A stretch of 44,557 nt of DNA from the IMG/VR virus record IMGVR_UViG_3300029997_000018. One strand, 5' to 3'. The translations under genes and the position numbers were made by a program. Source of the DNA: a virus. Under the pieces are notes generated by a model. The model did no database searches. It was not told where the DNA came from and worked only from the letters and a program-made list of their open reading frames with translations. Positions 7,478-16,926 of this stretch are shown in pieces; the first letter of the stretch is position 1; the number at the start of each line of letters is the position of its first letter.

Positions 7478-8312
7478 AGGTACAGAGAACGCAAACGGAA
7501 CGGCTGATCCTGCGGCGGGCGGCGGCTCTACTGGAGACCCCTGGTATAAGGGCGTCGCCCCGGAAGTAATCGGCCACCTGGAAGCTCGGGGCTGGAACAC
7601 CAAGACCCCCTCTGAGGTCGCCGTGGAAGCCGTGAAGGCCCACTTCGAGGCCCAGAAGTTCATTGGCGCGCCGCCGGATCAGGTCGTGCGAATGCCGAAG
7701 GACGCCGCCGACGAAGCCGGCTGGACCGCCCTGCGCGCCCGTCTGGGCGTACCGGCCGACGCGACGGGCTACAAGTTCGATGACATCAAGCGGGCAGACG
7801 GGTCCGCCCTCGCCGCCGATCAGGCTGCGTTCTTGGCCCAGACCGCACTCGCCGCCCACTTGCCGCCGGACGCCGCCCTGGAGGTCGCCAAGGCCTTCAC
7901 GAAGTTCCAGGACGATGCCGCCAGCCGCCAAGTGGCCGACCGGACAGCCGCGATCACCACGGCCAAAGAAGCCCTCAAGAGCAACTGGGGTCCGAACCAC
8001 GAGGCCAACCTGTTCGTCGCGAAACAGGCCGCCGCCGCCCTGGGCGTCACTCAAGACCAAGTGGACGCCCTGGAAAGCCAGATCGGCTACGACAAGGTCA
8101 TGGAGATGTTCCGCTCCATCGGCACTAAGATCGGCGAGGACAAGTTCGTCCAGAACCTCAATCCGAACGCGGCCGGCGTCATGACCCGCGAGCAGGCCTT
8201 GTCCAAGAAACAAGAGCTGATGAATGACAGCGTGTGGACGAAAGCCTACCTCGACGGCGACAGCGTGAAGGTCCGCGAGATGACCGCGCTTAACACGATC
8301 ATTGTGGGTTGA
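7470..8312 (+). CDS. Scaffolding protein
   Basis: It is 280 aa, Ala/Glu/Lys-rich and helical, and lies immediately upstream of the major capsid gene. Confidence 0.65.
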   Translation: MAEGTENANGTADPAAGGGSTGDPWYKGVAPEVIGHLEARGWNTKTPSEVAVEAVKAHFEAQKFIGAPPDQVVRMPKDAADEAGWTALRARLGVPADATGYKFDDIKRADGSALAADQAAFLAQTALAAHLPPDAALEVAKAFTKFQDDAASRQVADRTAAITTAKEALKSNWGPNHEANLFVAKQAAAALGVTQDQVDALESQIGYDKVMEMFRSIGTKIGEDKFVQNLNPNAAGVMTREQALSKKQELMNDSVWTKAYLDGDSVKVREMTALNTIIVG

Positions 8313-8336
8313 CAGACAGCCAGATCGTGATATCTT
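8309..8336 (+). promoter_or_regulatory. Candidate promoter TTGACA-N16-TATCTT upstream of the capsid gene
   Basis: TTGACA is at 8309-8314 and overlaps the scaffold stop. The spacer is 16 nt and TATCTT is at 8331-8336. Confidence 0.4.
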
Positions 8337-8377
8337 AAGACCGTCGCCACCCGGCTCGCGCAGGGGAGCGGCAGGCA

Positions 8378-8410
8378 GGCCGGGGTGCGTGCGCGACACT
8401 CGCCCCGGCC
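8378..8410 (+). promoter_or_regulatory. GC hairpin in the capsid-gene leader
   Basis: GGCCGGGG (8378-8385) pairs with CCCCGGCC (8403-8410). No U-tract follows. Confidence 0.3.
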
Positions 8411-8522
8411 GGCCACCGCCCTACACCATCTGGAGGGGCGAAGGTTTAGCGCGAACTGAGCCCCCTACTCGGACACGGCTCCCACGATAAAAACCCTCAC
8501 CCAAAAGAAGGTGGCACAAGCC

Positions 8523-9455
8523 ATGTCTGAGAACCTGTACGAACTGTTCACTACGCAGTTCTCCACCAACCTCGAATTGAAGCTCCAGCAAATGGGCTCG
8601 AAGCTGCGCGGCAAGGTCCGCGAAGGCTTCCACGTCGGTAAGCAAGCTTCCCCGATCAACCAAGTCGGCGCGATCCAGCTCAAGGCTCCGGCCGGCCGCT
8701 TCGCCCCGAAGAACCGCACCGATGCGCAGTTCACTCGTCGGTGGGTCTTCCCGCAAGACGGCGAGATCGACCAGCTCATTGACAGCTTTGACGAGCTGAA
8801 GACTATCGTGGACCCCAAGTCCATGTACTCGGAAAACGCCGCCATGGCCGTTGGCCGGGGCTGGGACGACTGCCTGATCGCAGCCGCCTTCGGCACCGCG
8901 CAAATCGGCGCTGATGCGGGCGGCCTGTCGCCGGAGACCTTCAATACCTCCTCGACCGTGGCCAACGCCGGCTTCCGTGTGGTCTCCACCTTCGGCTCCT
9001 CGGCGGCCTCCGGCCTGACCGTGTCCAAGCTGATCGAGACGAAGCGGACCTTCCGCCACTACCACGTCGATATCGACACCGATCCGCTGACCCTGATCAT
9101 CGGCTCGCAGCAAGAGAGCGACCTCCTGAACCAAGTTCAGGTCGTGTCGACCGAGTTCAACGACCGCCCCGTGCTGGTCGACGGCAAGGTCACGCGCTTC
9201 CTCGGCTTCGACATCGTGGTCTCGGAACGTCTGGCCTACGGCTCGAACCTGCGGAACGTCATCGCCTTCGCCAAGTCCGGGATGTACCTTGGCATGTGGA
9301 AAGACCTGACCAACCGCGTGTCGATCCGCAACGATCTGTCCGGCGAGCCCTACGATCTGTACTCCTCCACCTCGTTCGGTGCGACCCGCACCCAGCCCGG
9401 TAAGGTCGTGCAAATCCAGTGCTCCGACACCACGGGGGCCGATATCACCCCGTAA
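8523..9455 (+). CDS. Major capsid protein
   Basis: About 310 aa, placed after the scaffold gene, reading MSENLYELFTTQFSTNLELKLQQMGSKLRG.... It is followed by a hairpin. An alternative GTG start is at 8511. Confidence 0.8.
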   Translation: MSENLYELFTTQFSTNLELKLQQMGSKLRGKVREGFHVGKQASPINQVGAIQLKAPAGRFAPKNRTDAQFTRRWVFPQDGEIDQLIDSFDELKTIVDPKSMYSENAAMAVGRGWDDCLIAAAFGTAQIGADAGGLSPETFNTSSTVANAGFRVVSTFGSSAASGLTVSKLIETKRTFRHYHVDIDTDPLTLIIGSQQESDLLNQVQVVSTEFNDRPVLVDGKVTRFLGFDIVVSERLAYGSNLRNVIAFAKSGMYLGMWKDLTNRVSIRNDLSGEPYDLYSSTSFGATRTQPGKVVQIQCSDTTGADITP

Positions 9456-9464
9456 TGGTCCTGA

Positions 9465-9482
9465 CCCCGGCTTCGGCCGGGG
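9465..9482 (+). terminator. C(UUCG)G tetraloop hairpin after the capsid gene
   Basis: CCCCGGC-TTCG-GCCGGGG forms a 7-bp GC stem. There is no U-tract, so it is more likely a stability or attenuator element than a full terminator. Confidence 0.45.
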
Positions 9483-9514
9483 CCTACCCTAAGCGCCTGT
9501 GAAGGAACACGAAC

Positions 9515-10045
9515 ATGGCCCAGACTTCCAACCTCAAGAGTGCGTCGATCACGAACCTCGATAGCATCCCGACCGTCGCCAACAACACCGGCGAAGGCGC
9601 TCCAGCCTTCCTGCGAGTGGTGGACGACTATGTCACCACCCTGTCGGGAGACAACACCACCTCGACTTACAAGGTCGTCCGCATCCCCTCGAACGCCGTC
9701 GTCAAGTCGGTGAAGATCGAAAACGAAGCGATGTCGGCCGGCGATGTCGAAGTCGGTCTCTACTACAGCGACAGCACCGTGGATGGCACCCCGGTCGGCG
9801 TCCAAGGCACCGTCCTGAACGCCACCTTCTTCGCCACGTCCGTGTCTTTGGCCTCGGCCGCTGGCCCGACCGATGTGACCAACGAGAGCGGTAGCTACAC
9901 GCTGAACCTGCGCAGCGAGCCGATCTGGCAAGCGGCTGGTCTGACGGCGGACCCCGGCGGCTTCCTGGACATTGTCCTGACTGTCGTCACCGCTGGCATC
10001 ACCACCGGAGCCCGCGTTGGCATCCGCTGCGACTTCGCCGAATAA
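9515..10045 (+). CDS. Virion protein (176 aa), possibly capsid decoration/cement
   Basis: It lies directly after the capsid gene and is bracketed by hairpins. It is beta-rich and Thr/Val/Ser-rich. The function is inferred from position only. Confidence 0.35.
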   Translation: MAQTSNLKSASITNLDSIPTVANNTGEGAPAFLRVVDDYVTTLSGDNTTSTYKVVRIPSNAVVKSVKIENEAMSAGDVEVGLYYSDSTVDGTPVGVQGTVLNATFFATSVSLASAAGPTDVTNESGSYTLNLRSEPIWQAAGLTADPGGFLDIVLTVVTAGITTGARVGIRCDFAE

Positions 10046-10076
10046 CCTGGGCCGCACTGATAAAGCGTGACCCTCC

Positions 10077-10109
10077 GGCCCGCCTCCGAGCCTCCAGCGG
10101 AGGCGGGCC
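10077..10109 (+). terminator. Strong hairpin / intrinsic terminator-like element
   Basis: A perfect 12-bp stem pairs GGCCCGCCTCCG with CGGAGGCGGGCC around a 9-nt loop. It is followed by aacccttt. Confidence 0.55.
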
Positions 10110-10131
10110 AACCCTTTAGGAGCTTCCTCCC

Positions 10132-10557
10132 ATGGCCCTCGGTGCCCTCACAGTCTCAATCCGTGGACCGTATGCCAACCCGGTTCGGGCGGGCGCGAAC
10201 TACGAGCCTCAGTATTACGACGCCTCGGCTTCCAACGCCGCCGGCCCGACTGCGGGCTCGACTGTGAAGACCGACCAAGCCGCCGTGACGACTGCCCAGA
10301 CTGCCGTGGCCGCTGCCGTAGCGACGCTTGTCGCCGATGGCGCGACCCCCACGCAAGCGCACGTGACGACCCTGAATACGGCCTGGGGTACGCTCAACAC
10401 CGACATCAACACCGTGACCTCTGACGTGGCGTCGCTGCTCAGCGGCAACGTTGTGGTTACCTACGACGAAAGTATCATCACCTCCCGCGCGCAGCTCAAG
10501 GCCGCTCTTTTGGCCGCCTTGCGCACGCTCGACGGTGCTGGTACACTCACCGCGTAA
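10132..10557 (+). CDS. Hypothetical structural protein (141 aa), Ala/Thr-rich
   Basis: AGGAG precedes the start. The gene lies in the structural operon. Confidence 0.5.
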   Translation: MALGALTVSIRGPYANPVRAGANYEPQYYDASASNAAGPTAGSTVKTDQAAVTTAQTAVAAAVATLVADGATPTQAHVTTLNTAWGTLNTDINTVTSDVASLLSGNVVVTYDESIITSRAQLKAALLAALRTLDGAGTLTA

Positions 10558-10569
10558 AGGAACACGACC

Positions 10570-10794
10570 ATGGCCTCCGCCTCCTACCAAATCAATCGCG
10601 GCACGCTGATCGACAACGTCGAAGGCTCGGGCTCGCAACCCATCTCCACGGGCACCGCCGCGCCGACTTCGGGCGACCTGGAAATCCGAGTTGACCTCAC
10701 GAAGAACTGGACCAAGCGTGAGCTGAAGGACGCCTTCCTCACGATCTGGCGGTTCATCGAGAACCCGAACAACGACACCAACTTCCCGCTGTAG
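10570..10794 (+). CDS. Hypothetical structural protein (74 aa)
   Basis: ORF-track entry in the structural operon. Confidence 0.45.
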   Translation: MASASYQINRGTLIDNVEGSGSQPISTGTAAPTSGDLEIRVDLTKNWTKRELKDAFLTIWRFIENPNNDTNFPL

Positions 10795-10803
10795 GAGGCT
10801 GCA

Positions 10804-11097
10804 TTGCGTGGTCAAGAAAGCGTCGTCTTCTGCTCAAATGTGGCGGCCGGTAACTATGGCCCCTTCGAGCTGAAGGGCGGGGTCTACAACCTCGACTACT
10901 GTTGCACGGGCTCGGGCACAATCCTTCTGGACAAGCTCGGACCCGATGGTGTGACCTACATCACGACCTCGGTTACCGTGACCAATGGGCTCGCCAATAC
11001 TTCGAACGTTGTGACGCTCTCGCCCGGCCAGTACCGCGTGACCATCGCGACCGGGACCGCCAACTACGCCAGCATTACGCGCTCGCCCACCGACTAG
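10804..11097 (+). CDS. Hypothetical structural protein (97 aa), TTG start
   Basis: AGGAGG precedes the TTG by 5 nt. The sequence looks beta-rich. Confidence 0.45.
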   Translation: MRGQESVVFCSNVAAGNYGPFELKGGVYNLDYCCTGSGTILLDKLGPDGVTYITTSVTVTNGLANTSNVVTLSPGQYRVTIATGTANYASITRSPTD

Positions 11098-11116
11098 GGA
11101 GCGCCCGGAGCCTCCC

Positions 11117-12421
11117 ATGAGCAAATTTTTCGCACCTCTCGACATCAAGAACCGCGCTCTGCAACACCTCGGCGCGCGGCAGATGGCGTCTGCAACCGAG
11201 GTCAGCAAGAACGCCCTGGAGGTCAACTCCGTCTACGACGACGTGCGGGTTGCCGAGCTGCGCCGGAACGTCTGGCGGTTCGCCATTCGCCTCGCGGTCC
11301 TGCGCCCGATAGACGTGACCTCCTACCTCTACGTGCCGCCCGCGTGGTCCTCCACGGCCACCTATGCGCGTGGTCAGATCGTTTCCTACTCCAACATCCT
11401 CTACCAAGCGACCGCCCTCCTCGCGGCCAATATCGAGCCGGACACCAACCCGGCTTCGTGGACCCAATACTTCGGCCCGATGACGGTCACGCCCTGGTTC
11501 AGCGGCGCGGTCAACAACGGCCCGCAACCGTGGTCCTCCGCGATCTCCTACGCCAGCAATGCCCAAGTGATCGGCTCGGACGGGAACCTCTACTACTCCA
11601 ACACGAACGGGAACGTAAATAACAATCCCGTGAACGACGGCGGGATCCATTGGACCTACCTTGGCTTGGCCGCGTCCGGCCAGGGCTACTACCAGTCGGA
11701 GCTGGTCTACACGCCGACCGGCCCCAATCCGGGCGTCTATCTGTCGCTCTCCGCCGGCAACAACGACACGCCTACGGTCGTCCCTGCCTGGGTGAATACC
11801 GTGACCTACAACACGGGTGACACCGTGACCTATTCCAACGTGGTCTACCAGTCCACGATTGATATGAACGTCGGCCAGACACCGACAGGCACGGGTGACT
11901 GGGTGGTAATCCCTGGCGGGCAGGTTGGTTCCTCATCCGGGCAAAATTGGTTGCTGCTCGGTGGATCGATCAAGTCCCTGCGCTTCCTGTATCCGCTCGG
12001 CACCGGCCCGGCCACGCAGTCGGCGACGCGCAATGTCTTCATGCTCCCGAATGGCTTCCTCCGCCGTGCGCCGCAGGACCCCAAGGCGGGCTCGTTCTCC
12101 TGGCTCGGGGCCAGTACGGCGCTGACCTACGACGACTGGGACCTTCAGGACGACTTCATTATCTCCCGGATCAGCGACCCGATTGTCCTCCGGTTCGTCG
12201 CGGACATCTCCGACGTGACCATGATGGACCCCATGTTCTGCGAAGGCCTCGGCGGCCGGATCGGCATGGAAGTTGGGGAGACCTTGACGCAGAGCGAAGC
12301 GAAGGTCAATATGGCAGCTTCCGCTTACGGTCGCTTTATGGCCGAGGCCCGTGATGTCAACGGCATTGAGACCGACAGCACGGAGCCTCCCGAGGACGAC
12401 TACATCACCTGTAGGATTTAG
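11117..12421 (+). CDS. Tail tubular protein A-like (gp11-like adaptor) with inserted aromatic repeats
   Basis: The N-terminus (LDIKNRALQHLGA) and C-terminus (FMLPNGFLRRAP...DPMFCEGLGGRIGMEVGETLTQS) resemble T7 gp11-type proteins. The central part carries three W..Y..G..V.Y...YQ....P...W repeats. Confidence 0.65.
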   Translation: MSKFFAPLDIKNRALQHLGARQMASATEVSKNALEVNSVYDDVRVAELRRNVWRFAIRLAVLRPIDVTSYLYVPPAWSSTATYARGQIVSYSNILYQATALLAANIEPDTNPASWTQYFGPMTVTPWFSGAVNNGPQPWSSAISYASNAQVIGSDGNLYYSNTNGNVNNNPVNDGGIHWTYLGLAASGQGYYQSELVYTPTGPNPGVYLSLSAGNNDTPTVVPAWVNTVTYNTGDTVTYSNVVYQSTIDMNVGQTPTGTGDWVVIPGGQVGSSSGQNWLLLGGSIKSLRFLYPLGTGPATQSATRNVFMLPNGFLRRAPQDPKAGSFSWLGASTALTYDDWDLQDDFIISRISDPIVLRFVADISDVTMMDPMFCEGLGGRIGMEVGETLTQSEAKVNMAASAYGRFMAEARDVNGIETDSTEPPEDDYITCRI

Positions 12422-12423
12422 CC

Positions 12424-15400
12424 ATGGGCCGCGCATCTTACGTCCAGACCTCTTTTCTGGGCGGCGAGTTCTCGCAATACTTTCAAGGACGCGCCGAGGA
12501 CCCTCGCTATGCGCAGGGCATGAACCTCTGCCGCAACGCTATCCCAATTGAGGAAGGGGCCTGGAGCCGCCGCACCGGCACCGCCTTCGGTGGAGCTACG
12601 CGCCTGGGCCTCCCTGGGGTGCTGCGCTACTTCGCCTTCAGCTCGGCCCAGCCCTACGAGGTCGAGTTCACACCCGGCTACATGCGCTTCTGGAGTGGCC
12701 CGAACCTCGTCCTGGAGAACACTCCCACGACCGTGGCATCCATCTCCGCAGCTACCCCAGCGGTCGTGGAGACCACCCAGGAGCATGGCTACAGCACTGG
12801 CGACACTGGCGAGTTCCTGCTCGCTCCTGGCACGTCGCCGTTCGTCGGTCTGAACGCCGCTATCAACCTGCAATTCATCGTCACGGTGATCGACGCCTAT
12901 CACTTCAGTATCGCGGTCAACCCCACCCAGGCGGCCTTCAATGGCGCGCTCCTGAACCTCGGCTCGAACACCATCCAGTTCGCCCGTGCCCTGACCTTCG
13001 CCACGCCCTATCCGGCGGCCAGCCTGCCGCTTGTCCGCATCGTGCAGAACGACCAGGATGCCTTGATCCTATGCCCTGGCTACAAACCCTACGTCCTGAC
13101 GAGCACCAGCGTTCCGAACGGCGGGGTTTTCGCAAGCTTCAACTTCGCCCTGGCGGTCTTCCAGAACGGTCCATATCTGGACGCGCCCGAGGATGGCTCA
13201 ACCCTAACCCCCAGTGCCGTTGGCCCCGGTTCGATCACGCTGACTGCCAGCTCCATCGCGAACGTCAATATCCAGAACAAGGTCGCCGGCAGCGGCATCG
13301 GCTTCCAATCGACCGATGTTGGTCGCCATGTGAACCTTTTCTCCGAACCCGCGTTATGGTCTTCGGGTACGGCTTACACCACGGGCGAGAGCGTCAAGTA
13401 CAACAACGCCTACTACACGGCGCTCTCGAATAACACCGGCAAGGAGCCGGACACCCAGTACACCATCTGGGCGATCAGCACCACGGCGGCCAACTGGACG
13501 TGGGGGATCATCACGGCGGTCGCTGGCACCGACGAAGTGACCGTCAACATCCAAGGACCGACGAACGACCCGGACGGTTTGCCGCGCGCGGATGGCCCGC
13601 TGAACCAGACCGTGCCGGTCGTGACGTGGCAGCTAGGTGTCTACAGCGACACGACGGGCTACCCCGATGTGGGCACCTACTACGAGGGCCGCTTCTGGCT
13701 GGCCTCCCAGGCCTTCCCCAACCGCTTCGACGCGACGCGGAGTAACCAGCTCTTCCGCTTCGATCCGACCGGCCAGGACGGCACCGTGGCGGACGACAAT
13801 GGCATCTCCGAGACGTTCAACTCGAACACGCTCAACACCATCTACTGGTTCATTGCGAGCCATGTCGGGCTGACGGCTGGGACGCAAGCGGGTGAGTGGC
13901 TGATCCAGGCCAGCACGCTGAACGACCCGATCACGCCGTCGAGTATCCAAGCCCACCGGGTGACCAAGTTTGGCTGCGAGAACATCCTGCCTATCGAAGC
14001 CCCGCTGAGCATCGTCTTCGTCCAGCGCTACGCTCGGAAGGCCATCGAGTACATCGCCGATGTCTACTCCGGCAAGTTCAGCGGGACCAACATCTCGCTG
14101 CCAGCGAAGCACTTCACCCAGTCTGGGATCGCCGAGATCGCCTACGTCCAGGAGCTTGCCCCGATCATCTGGGCCCGCATGAACGACGGTTCTCTCGCCG
14201 GCTGCACCTACAAACGCGAGAGCCCATTCGGCACACAACCCGCGTCCTTCGCCGGCTGGCATAAGCACACCCTCGGTTCTGGCCGCAGCGTCATTTCGAT
14301 CCAGGCCGGGCCGGCGGTGGGTGGCGAGCTGGACAGCTTGTCCATGATCACCCAGGACCCTACCTCTGCCTACTGCTACGTCGAGGTCCTGACGAACCTG
14401 TTCGACGAGGATACCCCAATTGAGCAAGGATGGTTCGTGGACGGCGGCCTAGCCCCGGCCTTCATGGTCGAGGACCAGGGAGCCACGGGCGTTACCCTCT
14501 ACGGCTATGCGCCCTTCGTGGGCCAAGACCTGGACGTGAGCATTGCTGGCTTGGACCTGGGCACGATCACTGTGCAAGCGCCGGGGACGATCCACGTTCC
14601 CTACGCGGGGCTTTTCACACATGCCTTCCTGGCGAGCTTGCCGGTCTTCGATAATCCCTACTACAACCAGTCGGCGGGTATGCAGGTCGACACCATCACG
14701 CCCGCCAGCACCCCGGCCAGCCCACTGACGATCCAGACCTATCAGTGGACCGGCGACCCGGATGGCTACGACTATCTGGGCACCGTGGACTGGACGCGGG
14801 GTTACTTCTTCGGCTACCAGGGTGATATCCTCGGTGATCCGACCGACTACGCCTACCTGAAGCGCTTCACCCTGGCCGGCGCGGTCAACAGTCTGAAGAT
14901 CGCCTACTCAGCTTGGGGGCTGTCGGACATTGATGACGGCATCCTTTTCCTGCAAGCCGCGCCGGACGGGAACCTCTATGGCTCCCCGGATGGAGGCAAC
15001 ACCGTGCGCCTTATCCAGGTCAGCCAACAAACCCTGGAGCTGCTCCAGGTCTTCGGTACGCCCGATGGTGAGCAGTTCGACAGCGACGCCACACACTACA
15101 GCGGCCAAGGAACGGACCCTGTGTTCGTGAGCGGCGGTGGTTCGACCTACCTCGCGGCGATGTGCCCGCAGCGCGGCTATGTCCATATCTTCGATGTGGG
15201 TGCGACCGAGACCGCCTGGATCGGTAATTTCCCAATCGTCTCCGAGGTCGGGACTGAGAGCGAGACGACCTGTTCGCTCGTCCCCGGTCGTCAGACCGAA
15301 GCCCTGGGCACCTTCTTTGCCCTGGGCGTCCTTGGCAGCAATGGGGCGGGTGATGGCCTCATCCGGGCCTACCGCTTCAGCCTTTGGAACAGTGCCCTGG

Positions 15401-16455
15401 CCCTGGCGGAAGCCTATCCGATGTGGGTGTCCACCACCGCCTATGCGGCCGGCGCGAACGTGCGCTACAACGGCGTCGCCTACGTCTGCCTCACCGGGAA
15501 TTCCGACAGCACGTTCACCCCCGTAAAGTGGTCCGCGCTCGCCCCGCAAGGTGTCCGGCAAGAGCTGATGGGTACTATCGCTCCGGCGCAGATCGACGCG
15601 ACCTGGACGGAATTTGCCGCCGGGTGTCCTGCGAGCCTGATCTACGATAGTACCGACGATACCGTTATGGGCGTCTTCAACAGCGTCACCGGGCCAACGG
15701 TTACCCAGTACATCGTGAAGTGGAACATCAACACCATGCAATTGGTGTGGAAGGTTGCCTGTTCCAATTTGCTCTGGCCGGACAACCGGACCCGCTGTCA
15801 GGCCCAGATCGTCAACTTCTTCGGCGGGGCTGATGACGTTGTGCCGAACGTCTGGTACACCCTCAACACGGCCACGGGGACGCTGTCGACTGGGAACCTC
15901 GTGGGCGTCTACGGCACGTCCTTGGTCAGCGATGACAAGACGGGCTACATCATTGGCAACTGGGGCCTGACGACGGACGTGTCTGGCTACCCCACGCCTG
16001 TTGCGCCGGCCACTGGAGCCTTCGGCAGCACCTGGGCCCGCATGGGTATGGCAACGGGTGAGAGCATCGCTACGACCTCGCTGGAGTTCCCGCTCTGCGC
16101 GGGCTACACCTACACGAGCCAGGGGCAAATCCTACGGCCGGTCGACCCCCAGAAGACACAGACCCGAACCGGCCCGACACTGGGCACGGAGCGGCGGACG
16201 GAGCAAATGTCTTTGCTCTTGGCCAACACCCAGGGCATCTCGTTCGGCGAGGATATGACCCACTTGAACGCGGCCGACTTCCGCGTCACTGGGACCTTGA
16301 CCCCGACCCCGGCGAACCAGTTGTTTTCGGGGGTCTATTGGACTACAATCGACAGCGACTACACCTTCGACAGTATGCCCGGCTGGGAGGTCACGCGTCC
16401 TTACCCGGCAACCGTGCTGGCGGTCGGCCCGTTCATTACGACGATGGAAAGATAG
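12424..16455 (+). CDS. Tail tubular protein B-like (gp12-like nozzle), extended to 1343 aa
   Basis: The N-terminus MGRASYVQTSFLGGEFSQYFQGRAEDPRYAQGMNLCRNAIPIEEGAWSRRTGT is typical of podovirus tubular B proteins, and the gene follows the gp11-like gene. Confidence 0.7.
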   Translation: MGRASYVQTSFLGGEFSQYFQGRAEDPRYAQGMNLCRNAIPIEEGAWSRRTGTAFGGATRLGLPGVLRYFAFSSAQPYEVEFTPGYMRFWSGPNLVLENTPTTVASISAATPAVVETTQEHGYSTGDTGEFLLAPGTSPFVGLNAAINLQFIVTVIDAYHFSIAVNPTQAAFNGALLNLGSNTIQFARALTFATPYPAASLPLVRIVQNDQDALILCPGYKPYVLTSTSVPNGGVFASFNFALAVFQNGPYLDAPEDGSTLTPSAVGPGSITLTASSIANVNIQNKVAGSGIGFQSTDVGRHVNLFSEPALWSSGTAYTTGESVKYNNAYYTALSNNTGKEPDTQYTIWAISTTAANWTWGIITAVAGTDEVTVNIQGPTNDPDGLPRADGPLNQTVPVVTWQLGVYSDTTGYPDVGTYYEGRFWLASQAFPNRFDATRSNQLFRFDPTGQDGTVADDNGISETFNSNTLNTIYWFIASHVGLTAGTQAGEWLIQASTLNDPITPSSIQAHRVTKFGCENILPIEAPLSIVFVQRYARKAIEYIADVYSGKFSGTNISLPAKHFTQSGIAEIAYVQELAPIIWARMNDGSLAGCTYKRESPFGTQPASFAGWHKHTLGSGRSVISIQAGPAVGGELDSLSMITQDPTSAYCYVEVLTNLFDEDTPIEQGWFVDGGLAPAFMVEDQGATGVTLYGYAPFVGQDLDVSIAGLDLGTITVQAPGTIHVPYAGLFTHAFLASLPVFDNPYYNQSAGMQVDTITPASTPASPLTIQTYQWTGDPDGYDYLGTVDWTRGYFFGYQGDILGDPTDYAYLKRFTLAGAVNSLKIAYSAWGLSDIDDGILFLQAAPDGNLYGSPDGGNTVRLIQVSQQTLELLQVFGTPDGEQFDSDATHYSGQGTDPVFVSGGGSTYLAAMCPQRGYVHIFDVGATETAWIGNFPIVSEVGTESETTCSLVPGRQTEALGTFFALGVLGSNGAGDGLIRAYRFSLWNSALALAEAYPMWVSTTAYAAGANVRYNGVAYVCLTGNSDSTFTPVKWSALAPQGVRQELMGTIAPAQIDATWTEFAAGCPASLIYDSTDDTVMGVFNSVTGPTVTQYIVKWNINTMQLVWKVACSNLLWPDNRTRCQAQIVNFFGGADDVVPNVWYTLNTATGTLSTGNLVGVYGTSLVSDDKTGYIIGNWGLTTDVSGYPTPVAPATGAFGSTWARMGMATGESIATTSLEFPLCAGYTYTSQGQILRPVDPQKTQTRTGPTLGTERRTEQMSLLLANTQGISFGEDMTHLNAADFRVTGTLTPTPANQLFSGVYWTTIDSDYTFDSMPGWEVTRPYPATVLAVGPFITTMER

Positions 16456-16458
16456 GCC

Positions 16459-16917
16459 ATGGCTAGTGGCATAAACTTCGGTGGCTTTGCCGACCTTGGC
16501 GGCGCGGTCAGTGATTTGTTCAGCGCAGAGGGCGACGCGGCGGAAGCCAGCGCCTACACCCAGGCCGCGAAGATCGCCGGCCAGATGGCAGAGGTCTCCC
16601 AGGACAGCACACGCATCCAAGAGACCCAGGCCCAGCGGCAAATCTTCCAGGTCATGGGAGCCCAGTCTGCACAGGTCGCGGGCGCGGGTCTGGCCAGCTC
16701 TGGGTCGAGCCAAGCTCTGATGCGCTCCAGTGCGTCACAAGGCGCATTGCAGAAGCAACTCATCCAGCAGAATGGCGACATCCAGACGGCTGGCTACGAG
16801 GCTGAGGAAAGCTCATATAACGGCATGGCGTCGGCGGCCAAGGCGGCAAGCTCCGGCGGCATCTTCGGTGGCCTCCTGAAAGGCGCAGGCGCGGTCGCTT
16901 CGATCTTTGGTCTCTAG
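16459..16917 (+). CDS. Internal virion protein (152 aa)
   Basis: It sits after the tube genes. It is Gly/Ala/Ser-rich and has a hydrophobic C-terminus, GGIFGGLLKGAGAVASIFGL. Confidence 0.5.
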   Translation: MASGINFGGFADLGGAVSDLFSAEGDAAEASAYTQAAKIAGQMAEVSQDSTRIQETQAQRQIFQVMGAQSAQVAGAGLASSGSSQALMRSSASQGALQKQLIQQNGDIQTAGYEAEESSYNGMASAAKAASSGGIFGGLLKGAGAVASIFGL

Positions 16918-16926
16918 GAGGAACCG

